A stretch of 64,000 bases of DNA from an uncultured delta proteobacterium. GTDB taxonomy: Bacteria; Desulfobacterota; Binatia; HRBIN30; BPIQ01. The stretch is taken from NCBI GenBank assembly GCA_963761335.1, contig CAVXGR010000018.1, positions 64,001-128,000 of the forward strand, written 5' to 3'. The position numbers and the translations under genes were made by a program. Below the pieces are notes generated by a model. That model did no database searches. It was given only the letters and a program-made list of their open reading frames with translations, and had not been told where the DNA came from. Below are positions 24,210-37,298 of the stretch, in pieces; position 1 is the first letter of the stretch; each line of letters opens with the position of its first letter.

Positions 24210-24217
24210 GGCCTGTA

Positions 24218-25093
24218 TCAAAGATCGATGTATCCTCCACCGACGGAAACACACTGTCCGGCGACGCGCACGGCGCGGAACTCGTCCGGGCCTCCCTCGA
24301 TCTCGACCTGGATCCGGCTCGGGCGGCCCATCTCGATCCCCTGCTCGATGGCGATCGATGCTGGGGCGCCCGGTGGCCGGACGCCGTAGCGCAGCAGATA
24401 ACAGCCGAGGGGCCCGGCGGCGCTGCCGGTCGCCGGGTCCTCCGCAACTCCGGCCGCCGGCGCAAACATCCGCGCCCGCAGCGGCGCGCCCTGGCGCTCG
24501 CCGAGCGCGAAGCAGTAGACGCCGAGCACGTCGAGGCTGCGCTCCAGGCTGCGCCAGCGCTCGCTGTTCAGCCGCGCCAGGGCGACCGCCTCGCAGTCGC
24601 GCAGCGGCACGAACAGGAACGGGGCGCCCGCGGAGAGCGCCTGCACGGGCAGGTCGGAACGCAGAAGCGCCGCGTCGAGGCCGAGAGCCGTCGCCACCGC
24701 GTCGCGGTCTTGCAGCGGCGGCTCCCAGCCCGGCAGCGGTTGCGTCATTCGCCACAGCTCCGCACCGGCGCGCGGCACCCGCTCGACGGTGATCGGGCCG
24801 ACTCCCTCCAGAAAGACGACTCGCTGCGGCGGCGCCAGGGCAAAGGCGCTGCCGATCGTCGGGTGCCCGGCCATCTGCAGCTCGCGGCCGGGGGTGAAGA
24901 TGCGCAGGCGGTGATCGCAGGCAGGGTCCGGGCTGGGAAGCACGAAGGTGGTCTCCGACAGGTTGAGCTCGCGGGCGATGCGCTGCATGTCGATCGGATC
25001 GATCTCGGCGGCCTGCGGGAACACGGCGAGCGGGTTGCCTCCGAACTTCTGGCTCGTGAACACGTCGACGAGATGGTATTCGTGCCGCGGCAT
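24218..25093 (-). CDS. PhzF-family isomerase
   Basis: DVFT..FGGNPLAV, LSETTF, RIFTP.REL.MAGHPTIG, EDPATGSA, EQG.EMGRPS. Confidence 0.93.
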   Translation of the reverse strand: MPRHEYHLVDVFTSQKFGGNPLAVFPQAAEIDPIDMQRIARELNLSETTFVLPSPDPACDHRLRIFTPGRELQMAGHPTIGSAFALAPPQRVVFLEGVGPITVERVPRAGAELWRMTQPLPGWEPPLQDRDAVATALGLDAALLRSDLPVQALSAGAPFLFVPLRDCEAVALARLNSERWRSLERSLDVLGVYCFALGERQGAPLRARMFAPAAGVAEDPATGSAAGPLGCYLLRYGVRPPGAPASIAIEQGIEMGRPSRIQVEIEGGPDEFRAVRVAGQCVSVGGGYIDL

Positions 25094-25191
25094 GGCAGGC
25101 CTCCTTCGATGAAGGTGTCTAGCGCCGCGCCGCGGCGCTTGCCAACCCGGATCCTCGGGCGTGGAAATGCCGGCGGAGTCGCGGAGGCGAG

Positions 25192-25938
25192 GTGAACGGC
25201 TCGCTGCACCGCGCCCTGGGCATCTCGTCGCCGCAGGTCGTGGCCTTCATCGGCGCCGGCGGCAAGACGAGCGCTCTACGCCGGCTCGCCGCGGAGGCGG
25301 CTGCCGCCGGATGCCGCAGCCTGCTGCTCAGCACCACGCGCATCGAGCCGCAGCGCGGCGAGGTCGTCACCGTCGCCGTCACCTCGCTGGAGGAAGCGGT
25401 GGCGGCCATCCGCAGCCACGCCGGCGCGACACCGTTGCTGCTGGTCACCGAGCGCCTGCCGACGCGCTGGCGCGGCGTGCCGCCCGAATGGGTCGCCGAG
25501 CTGGCGCGTCTGCAGGCGGTCGACGAGGTGCTGGTGCAGGCCGACGGCTCCTCGCGGCGGCCGTTCAAGGCGCCGGCGCCGCACGAGCCGGCGATCCCCG
25601 ACGGCAGCAGTCTGGTGGTGGCGGTCATGGGAATCGATGCCGTGGGGCAGCCGATCGATGCGCGCGGCGTGCACCGTCCCGAATGGGTGGCGCGGTTCTC
25701 GGGGCTGGCCGAGGGGGAGCCGCTCACCGCGGCGGCGGCCGCCGCGGTGATCCTGCATCCCGAAGGAGGCTTCCGCGCCGCGCCGCCGCGGCGCGCCGTG
25801 CTCATCAACAAGGTCGACTCGGCAGAGCGGCTCCGCCAGGCGGCCGAGGTTGCCGCCGCCCTGCGCCAGCGCACCGCCATCCGCGTCGTCGCCGCCGCCC
25901 TTCGCGAAGCCGATCCGGTGCGCCGGGTGTGGGAGTGA
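25192..25938 (+). CDS. yqeC: YqeC-like selenium-dependent molybdenum hydroxylase accessory protein
   Basis: GAGGKTS, LSTTRI, ADGS.RRPFKAPAPHEP.IP, INKVD. Confidence 0.8.
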   Translation: MNGSLHRALGISSPQVVAFIGAGGKTSALRRLAAEAAAAGCRSLLLSTTRIEPQRGEVVTVAVTSLEEAVAAIRSHAGATPLLLVTERLPTRWRGVPPEWVAELARLQAVDEVLVQADGSSRRPFKAPAPHEPAIPDGSSLVVAVMGIDAVGQPIDARGVHRPEWVARFSGLAEGEPLTAAAAAAVILHPEGGFRAAPPRRAVLINKVDSAERLRQAAEVAAALRQRTAIRVVAAALREADPVRRVWE

Positions 25939-25976
25939 CGCTCGCCAACCCACCTCCGACTTGCTACAGGACCGAC

Positions 25977-26798
25977 ATGCCGCGTGTCGCCGTGGTCGTG
26001 CCCACATACAATCGCCGCGCCATGGTGCGCGAGGCGGTGCACTCCGTGCTGGCGCAGTCGGAGCGCGATTTCGAGCTGATCGTCGTCGACGACGGCTCCG
26101 AGGACGAGACGGCGGCGGCGATCGGAGACGAGTTCGGCTCCGCCGTGCGCCTGATCCGCACGCCGCATCGCGGTGTCTCGGCGGCCCGTAATGCGGGTGC
26201 GGCCGAGAGCCGGGCGCCGCTCATCACCTTTCTCGATTCCGACGATCTCTGGGACGGTCGCAAGCTGGCGGCACAGCTCGACTGGTTCGCCGTGCGCCCT
26301 GCGGAGAGCATCTGCCAGACCGAGGAGGTCTGGATTCGCAACGGCGCGCGCGTCAACCCGTGTCGCCACCACCGCAAGCGGGAGGGCGACATCTTCGTGT
26401 CCAGCCTGGAGCTGTGCCTGATCAGCCCGTCGGCGGTGATGCTGCGGCGCGGGCTGTTCGAACAGATCGGCGGCTTCGACGAGTCGCTTCCGGCATGCGA
26501 GGACTACGATCTGTGGCTGCGCATCGCGCGGATTGCCCGGATCGGATTGTTGCCGCAGGCGCTGGTGACCCGCCGCGCTGGACATGCCGACCAGCTGTCG
26601 CGGCGCTTCTGGGGCATGGACCGCTTCCGGGTCGCCTCGCTGTGCAAGCTGCTCGCCGAGCCGCTGGCGGCGGAGCGGCGACAGGCGGCGATCGCCGTCC
26701 TGCGCCGCAAGTGCGCGATTCTGGCGCAAGGTGCGGAGAAGCGGGGGCGGTTGCAGGAGGCCGAGCGCTACCGCTCTCTGGCGGACGTGTATGTCTGA
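25977..26798 (+). CDS. Family 2 glycosyltransferase
   Basis: VPTYNR, VDDGSED, GVSAARN, FLDSDD, ISPSAV, CEDYDLWLR. Confidence 0.92.
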   Translation: MPRVAVVVPTYNRRAMVREAVHSVLAQSERDFELIVVDDGSEDETAAAIGDEFGSAVRLIRTPHRGVSAARNAGAAESRAPLITFLDSDDLWDGRKLAAQLDWFAVRPAESICQTEEVWIRNGARVNPCRHHRKREGDIFVSSLELCLISPSAVMLRRGLFEQIGGFDESLPACEDYDLWLRIARIARIGLLPQALVTRRAGHADQLSRRFWGMDRFRVASLCKLLAEPLAAERRQAAIAVLRRKCAILAQGAEKRGRLQEAERYRSLADVYV

Positions 26799-27333
26799 AG
26801 CGGAGCTGCGCCGGCGCATCGTCTCCTTCGCCACCTCGCGGCACCTGCGAGCGCCACTGCTGGAGCGTTGGAGCGGTGCTGCGCCTGCGGACGCCGCCGC
26901 GCTGCTGGAGTTGGCCGAGTCCCTGCGTCTGGGCGAGAATCAGCTGCGCGACGTCTTCGACTGGAGCGAAGAGATTGCGGTTCGCGACGGCACCAGCATT
27001 GCCGCGGTGCTGGACGGCGCGGAGATCCGCGGCGTACGGAAGCGGGGGATCGGCCGCAACGAGACCATCCACGCGCTGCGTGCGGCGCTGCGCCGCCTGC
27101 GCTTCCCCCAGCTGACGGCGCTCGAGGACCGGCTCAACGAATGTATCGGTGCCCTCGATCTGCCCCGCAGCGTGCGCCTGGTGTTGCCGGAGCAGCTCCA
27201 GGGGACGGAGATCCGCGTCGAGATCCGTGCCGGCAGCGCCGCCGACCTAGGCGAGGCGCTCGAACGTCTCGCCGCAGCCGCCGCGAGCCCGCAGATGGCG
27301 GAGCTGTTCGCGCTCTTGTGCGTGGCGCCCTAG
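26791..27333 (+). CDS. Helical hypothetical protein, possibly ParB C-terminal-like
   Basis: ATG at 26791 overlaps the GT2 end; LRRLRFPQL and C-terminal EIRVEIRAGSAADLGEAL. Confidence 0.6.
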   Translation: MSEAELRRRIVSFATSRHLRAPLLERWSGAAPADAAALLELAESLRLGENQLRDVFDWSEEIAVRDGTSIAAVLDGAEIRGVRKRGIGRNETIHALRAALRRLRFPQLTALEDRLNECIGALDLPRSVRLVLPEQLQGTEIRVEIRAGSAADLGEALERLAAAAASPQMAELFALLCVAP

Positions 27334-27339
27334 CCGCAT

Positions 27340-27500
27340 GGGGACGGGCTCCTTTTCGGCAGCGGAAGCCGATCGAGGAGGGTTGCAGCCCGCGCCGCCG
27401 AAAAGGTGCCTGTCCCCTGGCGACCGGATGAGGACAGGCAACTTTTGCGGATGAGTTCCTTCCTCTCGCTGATTTCGACAGGCAAAAGTAGCCTGTCCCC
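27340..27500. repeat. Two adjacent family A palindromes
   Basis: 27340-27417 matches 13040-13117; 27430-27500 reads GAGGACAGGCAACTTTTGC ... GCAAAAGTAGCCTGTCCCC. Confidence 0.8.
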
Positions 27501-27550
27501 GCCGGCGCCGCGCTTGCGCGGCGCGCCTCGGTCGGGCAACAAACGATGCG

Positions 27551-28647
27551 ATGACGATGGGCCTGGCGATCGAGGAGCTCTGGGTCGAGAGGGGCGAGGA
27601 GGAGACGGCGGTGGCGCGGCGTGTTTGCGGCGCCCTGGCGCACCTGCAGCCGCGGCTGGTCGACGATCCGCTCGCCGCCGAGCCAGCCCGCGGCCGGTGA
27701 ACCGCTTCGCCGCCGGCAAGCGCCGGCTGCTGCTGACCCGCCGCCGCGGCGATTTCCTACAGCACTGCCCGGCGGGCACCAGCGGCATGGTCTGCTGCAA
27801 CTACCTGGTCATCTCGCTCGGCTCCAACTGCCCCATGGACTGCAGCTACTGCTTTCTCCAGGAGTATCTGCGGAACAATCCGGCCCTGAAGATCTACACC
27901 AACCCGGAGGCCGCACTCGCCGAGGTCGACCGCGTTCTCCGCGCCCGCCCCGACCGCCAGTTCCGCATCGGCACCGGCGAGCTGGTGGACAGCCTGGCTC
28001 TCGATGCGCTCGCCGGCACCTCGCGGCTGCTGGTGCCCTTCTTCGCGGCGCGGGCGAACGCTCTGCTGGAGCTGAAGACCAAGACGGCGTCGGTAGACGA
28101 CCTTCTCGGGCTCGACAGCCGCGGCCGCGTGGTGGTGTCCTGGTCCGTCAACCCCGCCGCGATCGTCGAGCAGGAGGAGCGCGGCACGGCCTCGCTCGGC
28201 GAGCGCCTGGCCGCCGCCCGTCGGGTGCAGACGGCGGGCTATCGTCTCGGCTTTCACTTCGATCCGATCATCGAGTACGCCGACTGGCAGGAGGGCTATC
28301 GCGACGCGGTCGCCGCCATGGCGGCGACCGTGGATCCGCGGCGGATCGCCTGGATCAGCCTCGGCGGCCTGCGCATGACTCCGCAGCTGAAGCAGGCCGT
28401 CCGCGGCCGCGGCCTGCCGCGGCTGCTCGGCGGCGAGCTGCTGCCGGCGGCCGACGGCAAGCTGCGCGTGTGGCAGGGCCTGCGGGTGAAGATGTACCGC
28501 GCCCTGGCGGGCTGGCTGCGGGAGTGGTCCGACGCCTTTCCGCTGTACCTGTGCACCGAGGGGCCCGAAGTGTGGCGTCAGGTCTTCGACGAGGTCCCCG
28601 CCGATCGCGATCTCGGCCTGCGGCTCGCCGCCGGCGCCGGCTGGTGA
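27551..28647 (+). CDS. Spore photoproduct lyase-like radical SAM protein; frameshift near 27690
   Basis: CPMDCSYC, ELKTKT, SWSVNP, GFHFDPII, YLCTE; plausible N-terminus MTMGLAIEELWVERGEEETAVARR from 27551 is in a different frame. Confidence 0.8.
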
Positions 28648-28711
28648 GCCGGGGTACTGTCCACGTTTGCCGGTCCGACTCTGCAATTATCTCCCGCCGC
28701 CGCGCGCAAGG

Positions 28712-28858
28712 GTCTCCTCTCCCCGCATTCTTTTTCGCGGGGAGAGGATCAAGGTGAGGGGCTTCTTCCCTCACTGAAAGTTCACGATTTCTGCGGCGTT
28801 CAAGAAGATCGGAACCCTCACCCTGTCCCTCTGCCGCGAAACAATGCGGGAGAGGGAA
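28712..28858. repeat. CCCTCACC/GGGAGAGG-type REP palindrome
   Basis: CTCTCCCCGC..GCGGGGAGAGGATCAAGGTGAGGGG ... CCCTCACCCTGTCCCTCT..GCGGGAGAGGG. Confidence 0.7.
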
Positions 28859-29023
28859 TCCGCGCCCGCCGCGGCGTGAAAATCGACGGGCAGTCGTTGT
28901 CAATTGGGTGCATTCCCCAAAAATAGGACAGTACTTGAGCCGGCCGGCGACTTGATCTTTGAGGACCGGATCGGCACCATGAGGGGTCGTCGAAGCGGCC
29001 CTCGGCCGCCTCGCTCTATTTCT

Positions 29024-32629
<3,606 letters not shown>

Positions 32630-32722
32630 AGAAGCAGGTTGTTGGTTGTTGAGTTGTTAGGTGTTGAGGGGGGGGCGAGGCTCCTGCCGAGCCAGGCTTC
32701 TGAGTTCTGAGGAGGGTAGGCC

Positions 32723-33514
32723 ATGGCGTTCGAGGACATCCTCTACGAGGTGCGCGACGGCGTCGCCTGGATCACCATCAACCGGCCGCAGGTGCGCAAC
32801 GCCTTCCGGGCGCTGACCGTCGACGAGCTGGTGGCCGCCTTCCGCGAGGCCTGGGCCGACGTGGACGTCGGCGTCGCGGTGCTCACCGGCGCCGGCGACA
32901 AGGCCTTCTGCAGCGGCGGCGATCAGAAGGACCGCGGCGACAAGGGGTACGGCAAGGGGCGCAGCGGCATCGGCATGGACGTCGCCTCTCTGCACGCCGT
33001 CATCCGCAACATTCCGAAGCCGGTGATCGCCATGGTCAACGGCTACGCCATCGGCGGCGGCCACGTGCTGCACGTCCTCTGCGATCTGTCGATCGCCGCC
33101 GACACGGCCATCTTCGGGCAGACGGGTCCGCGCGTCGGCAGCGTCGACCCCGGCTTCGGCACCGCCTATCTGGCGCGCCTCGTCGGCGAGAAGAAGGCGC
33201 GCGAGATCTGGTACCTCTGCCGCCAGTACTCGGCGCCCGAGGCCCTGGCGATGGGCCTGGTGAACAAGGTGGTGCCGGCGGCCGATCTGCGCGCCGAGGT
33301 CGAGCAGTGGTGCCGCGAGCTGCTGGAGAAGAGCCCCACCGCCATCAAGCTCGCCAAGTACTCGTTCAACGCCGACACCGACCACATCCACGGCATCACC
33401 GAGATGGGCTTCAGCGCCCTCGAGCTGTATTACGGCACCGCCGAAGCCCAGGAAGGCCGCAACGCCTTCATCGAGAAGCGCCCGCCGGAGTTCCGCAAGA
33501 AGAGAAGGGGTTGA
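32723..33514 (+). CDS. MenB/BadI-family crotonase
   Basis: [51 protein letters not shown]. Confidence 0.88.
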   Translation: MAFEDILYEVRDGVAWITINRPQVRNAFRALTVDELVAAFREAWADVDVGVAVLTGAGDKAFCSGGDQKDRGDKGYGKGRSGIGMDVASLHAVIRNIPKPVIAMVNGYAIGGGHVLHVLCDLSIAADTAIFGQTGPRVGSVDPGFGTAYLARLVGEKKAREIWYLCRQYSAPEALAMGLVNKVVPAADLRAEVEQWCRELLEKSPTAIKLAKYSFNADTDHIHGITEMGFSALELYYGTAEAQEGRNAFIEKRPPEFRKKRRG

Positions 33515-33542
33515 GGGGTTGGGGTGTTGAGGTGTTGGGTGA

Positions 33543-33695
33543 GAAGCGGCATCTGACATCCGGAGGGTTCAGGAGTTGCTCGGACACCGCGATGTCTCCA
33601 CGGCGATGATCTGCACGCATGTGCTCGATTGCGGCGGGCACAGCGTCGGAAGTCCAGCTGATGCGCTCGGCGGCAGAGCGCGGAGCGGGCGTTGA
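33543..33695 (+). pseudogene. intI: Integron integrase C-terminal remnant
   Basis: Manual translation [42 protein letters not shown] matches the IntI consensus DIRTVQELLGH.DVSTTMIYTHVL.RGG.GV.SP.D; in-frame stop upstream, no start. Confidence 0.85.
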
Positions 33696-34181
33696 CCAGC
33701 GGGATTCGCTTCGTATCACAGTGTGGATGATGAGGCCGACAGCGGCGCAAGCCATCGAGGCGATCGAATCGCGAGCAGCCAAGGAGGCGTTGCTGAGAAT
33801 CAACGCTTGGGTCACTTCGATTTTATTCGGAGGCGGAAATCGAGTTCGTGCGGTTGCACTGACTGCCGAAGGATGAGATCGCGGAGACTACTTCGCTTTG
33901 GCACGGCTCTTCTTCTACGCGCTCGCCCAGATCTTATGCTCTCTGCTCTCGAACGAGAAAAGGGAACAGGGGAAATTTTGTTACCTTCTTGATTTGCTCT
34001 ATGCCCGGCCTCGCAACGATTTCTGTCCCGTTGCTCACGCATGACCTTCGGCGCGTTGCAGACGACGGCAATGCCCGGTCCTCCACCCTCCTGCAAGAGG
34101 CTTGTGTTTCGGTCGAATATGAAGAAGCGGTTTCAGCATGCGTCGAGTTTGGCGAGTCCGAACATGAAATAGGAGCCGATC

Positions 34182-34406
34182 GTGAGCGCTCCCGCCCCCC
34201 TCATAACGACATCGCCGGATCGCTTGAGCGGAATTCCCGTGTTCGCCGGGACACGAGTCCCGGTGCAGACACTCATCGACTACCTCGAAGCGGGGGATTC
34301 TCTGGAGGCGTTTCTTGACGACTTTCCTAGCGTCTCGCGCGAGCACGCCGTCGCGGTACTCGAAGTGGCGAAGTCCGCACTCCTCGCTAAAGCAGTGGCT
34401 GCTTGA
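34182..34406 (+). CDS. DUF433-family antitoxin
   Basis: PDRLSGIPVFAGTRVPVQTLIDYLEAGDSLEAFLDDFPSV; AGGAG RBS. Confidence 0.92.
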   Translation: MSAPAPLITTSPDRLSGIPVFAGTRVPVQTLIDYLEAGDSLEAFLDDFPSVSREHAVAVLEVAKSALLAKAVAA

Positions 34407-34421
34407 GCAAGCGATCTGGGG

Positions 34422-34743
34422 ATGCGAGTACTCCTCGATGCCTGCGTCCCGAAGGGTCTTCGCAAGAGCCTGCCGGCCCACGAGGTTCGGACCGCACCCG
34501 AAATGGGCTGGGGCGATCTCGACAACGGCGATCTCCTCGATGCAATGAACGGGCTCTTCGACGCGCTCGTCACCGTCGACAAGCGCCTCCCACAAGCAGC
34601 AGCACATCACGGACCGGGCCTTGGGAGTCGTGGTCCTGCGGGCGAAGTCGAACCGCCTGTCGGACCTTCTTCCCTTGGTCCCAGATCTTCTCGCAGCGCT
34701 CTCGACTCTTGAAATCGGCGGGGTCAAGGAGGTGGCCGGCTAA
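34422..34743 (+). pseudogene. DUF5615 PIN-like toxin, +1 frameshift near 34592
   Basis: MRVLLDACVP..GW..LDNGDLL..LVTVDK continues in another frame as QQHITDRALGVVVLRAKSNRLSDLLPLVP..EVAG*; span 322 nt = 3n+1. Confidence 0.8.
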
Positions 34744-34805
34744 CAATGCCGTTCCAGCCGACGGGGCGAAAGGACCGCCGCGCGGCTGACCGCTCGCGTT
34801 GAGGC
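34738..34805 (+). mobile_element. Degenerate attC integron cassette recombination site
   Basis: R'' GGCTAAC (contains the toxin TAA), L'' TTCCAGCCG, central GGCGAAAGGACCGCC, L' CGGCTGAC, R' GTTGAGG. Confidence 0.7.
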
Positions 34806-34944
34806 TGTAGGAAAACTGTTGCAACCCCTGTGGAATCGGGCTCATTGAGCATCGGAGCGATGCTGGAACGGCTGAGGTGATGAGGAGGGGTGGATGGCGC
34901 GGTAGGGAACGTCCGATCCGGTCCCGGAGATCAGCTGAGGCGCG

Positions 34945-35973
34945 CTACGGCTTGTCGTCCTGCGCCAGGCTGCGGGCGCCGTAGGTCTGCAGCAGCTGAT
35001 TGATGTTGGTCGTCTTGATATCCAGGCCGGAGCCGGTCACGGGCAGGAGCACGATGCGCTTGCCCTCGAGGGCCTCGGCGAGCTTGAGCTTCACCATCAC
35101 CTCGCCGCCGCTGCCGGCCAGCGCCTTGTTGAGCTCGGTGATGCCCTTGGCTTCGGCGACGCCCTCGGCCTCGGTGGCCTCGGCGATGCGCTGTTGCTTC
35201 TCGTAGTAGGCGTCGGCCTCGATCTGCGCCTGCCGGAAGCGGCCGTCGGCGTCGGCCACCATCTTGTTCACCTCGCCTTTGGCGTCCTCGAGCTTCTTCA
35301 GGTACTCCTCCTGCGCCGCCTTGGTGGCCGACTTGTTCTGCTCGGCGACCTGCTCGGCGACTTTCTTGTCCTCGATGGCCCTCTGGTAGTTGGCGTTGAA
35401 GCGGTAGTCCTTGGTGGAGACGCGCTCGACGATGACGCCGTACGGGTTGAGGGCTTCGTTCAGCGCCTTCTTCGCCTGCTCGGCCTTCTCGTCGCGCTTG
35501 TCGGAGACGTAGAACTCCTCCGTCTTGAGCTCGCCGAAGATGTAGCGCGGCAGGCTGCGGGCGATGGTGCGCACCACCTTGTCCTTGAGCTCGAAGTTGC
35601 TGCCGGCGACGTACTGCAGGATGTACGGCGCCTTCTTGGGGTCGATGCGGTAGGAGACGATGACGTCGAGGCTGATGTCGTTGCCGTCGATGGTCTTGAA
35701 CAGCAGGTCGTCGCGATAGCGCTTGTCGCCGCGCGACGGATCGTGGGTCATCTCGATGTTGACGAGCTTGGTGTCGAAGGTGTTCCAATCGTTGATCACC
35801 GCTGGAAAGAAGTACACCGCGCCGGGCTGGTAGACCTGCTCCTCGACACCCTTGTTGCCGAACAGGCTCCACTTCACGGTGCGCACGCCGACCTCGGTTG
35901 GGCAGGTGGTGTGCGGAAAGAAGAGGAAAACGCCGATGAGGAGCCCGAGGAGTGCCGCTGCCAGCGCGCGCAT
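34945..35973 (-). CDS. SPFH/Band 7 (HflK/C-like) protein
   Basis: N-terminal TM, EVGVR, KTIDGNDISLDVIVSYRI, coiled-coil C-terminus. Confidence 0.85.
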   Translation of the reverse strand: MRALAAALLGLLIGVFLFFPHTTCPTEVGVRTVKWSLFGNKGVEEQVYQPGAVYFFPAVINDWNTFDTKLVNIEMTHDPSRGDKRYRDDLLFKTIDGNDISLDVIVSYRIDPKKAPYILQYVAGSNFELKDKVVRTIARSLPRYIFGELKTEEFYVSDKRDEKAEQAKKALNEALNPYGVIVERVSTKDYRFNANYQRAIEDKKVAEQVAEQNKSATKAAQEEYLKKLEDAKGEVNKMVADADGRFRQAQIEADAYYEKQQRIAEATEAEGVAEAKGITELNKALAGSGGEVMVKLKLAEALEGKRIVLLPVTGSGLDIKTTNINQLLQTYGARSLAQDDKP

Positions 35974-35982
35974 GGGCCTCTC

Positions 35983-37104
35983 CTACTTGGCGACCTGGAG
36001 CAGCTTCATGGTCTGCTCGATGTCGAGTGGGTTGACGGCATGGGGGCCGTCACTGGGCAGCACGAGGACCTCGATGCCCTTGTACACCTCCGCCATCTTG
36101 AGGCCGACCATGCGATCGGCGCCGGCGCCCTGCAGGGCCTCGTTGCGCAGCTGCGTCTTGCGGGCCTCCGCGAGCTTGACGAGGAGGTCGGCTCGGCGCG
36201 TTTGCGGCGGACGTAGAGGTCGCGCTCGGCGTCCTTGGTGGTGATGTAGGCGTGCCCCTCCTGCAGCTTGATGTTGACGGTGGCCTCTCCTTCCTGAATC
36301 GCCTTCAACAGCTTTGCCCCTTCGGTGGCGGCGCGGCCCTAGGCCTGGTTCTTGAAGAACGAGCTGGTCCTTGAGCTTCTTCTCCTCGATGTTCTTCTGA
36401 ATCTCGTCCGTGTAGCGGAAGTAGCGGATGAGCACCTGGTCGACCTTCATGCCGTACTCCGCCAGGTCGCGATTGAGCAGGTCGGAGGCCAGCTGCGCCT
36501 TCGCCGAACGCAGCGGGCTGTTGTAGAACTCCTCGGTGGTCAGCTCGCCGAGCGCCTGTTTGAGCACCGGCTCCGCCTTGGGAATGATGCCGTTGATCTC
36601 GAAGAGGCGGCCCGTGCCGAGGCGCGTGAAGACGAGGTACGGGTCGACGATGTTGTAGAGGATGCTGACGTCGACGTCGACGAAAAAGCCGTCGGACGTC
36701 TGAATGTGCGCCGCCTTGCTGACCCGCGCCTCCTGCGCCGCTTCTTCGCGGGACCCGGTCAGGTCGATCACCTGGAGATGTCTGGGAAGGAGTTACATGG
36801 GCTCGAAGTCGAAGAGCTTCAGCACCACGTGGAAGCCGGCGTCATAGACTTCTTTGTGCACGCCGCGGGCGCCGAGGATGGGCACGCGGACCACCTTGAT
36901 GCCGAACTGGGACGGTCCGACATAGGTGAGGGAGGCCCACATGAGCGCTTTCAGCGCGGCGGCGATCAGGAGAATGGGCAAGAGGATGCGGCGGGCGAAT
37001 CGGCTGCGCAGGAGGTCGCCGAGCCGCCGTCCGGGGCCCCACTGATCACCGCCCCGCTTCAGATCGATGACCCTCCCGTTGGACTCTCCGTCTCTCCCTG
37101 CCAT
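35983..37104 (-). pseudogene. Second SPFH protein with several disruptions
   Basis: GGAGG RBS and ATG at 37104; TAA at 36793-36795; +1 near 36360; TAG at 36339-36341; -1 near 36193; QTSDGFFVDVDVSILY motif. Confidence 0.75.
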
Positions 37105-37298
37105 GTCCGCCTCCCGCACTCTCCCGGTGCCGCCACGGCGCTTTTATCACCGCGCTGCGGGTGACTTCCAGCGAAACGGATGTTCCTTTTCGCCATGCGG
37201 TCGAGGACGATCTGCGCGGCCGCTGGGGCGGAAGGGCAGCGCTCTCCAGCGCCGCTCTCATCGGGGAAAGAGGCGCGTTTTGGGCGCCAGCCCAACGG

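Noticed and set aside
27406..27550. ORF-track N-terminus of the radical SAM protein
   Set aside because: It runs through REP palindromes; a more plausible N-terminus begins at 27551 in another frame
33619..34318. Short ORFs (33619-33876, 33723-33992, 33989-34318) as real genes
   Set aside because: No recognisable motifs or RBS; they overlap the intI relic or the antitoxin in other frames
34801..34830. GAGGCTGTAGGAAAAC as an IS end inserted into attC
   Set aside because: Only a vague resemblance to IS termini; no partner inverted repeat or transposase found
36339..36341. In-frame TAG as pyrrolysine or readthrough in the SPFH gene
   Set aside because: The same gene has a TAA and two indels, and no pyl genes are visible; error or decay is simpler
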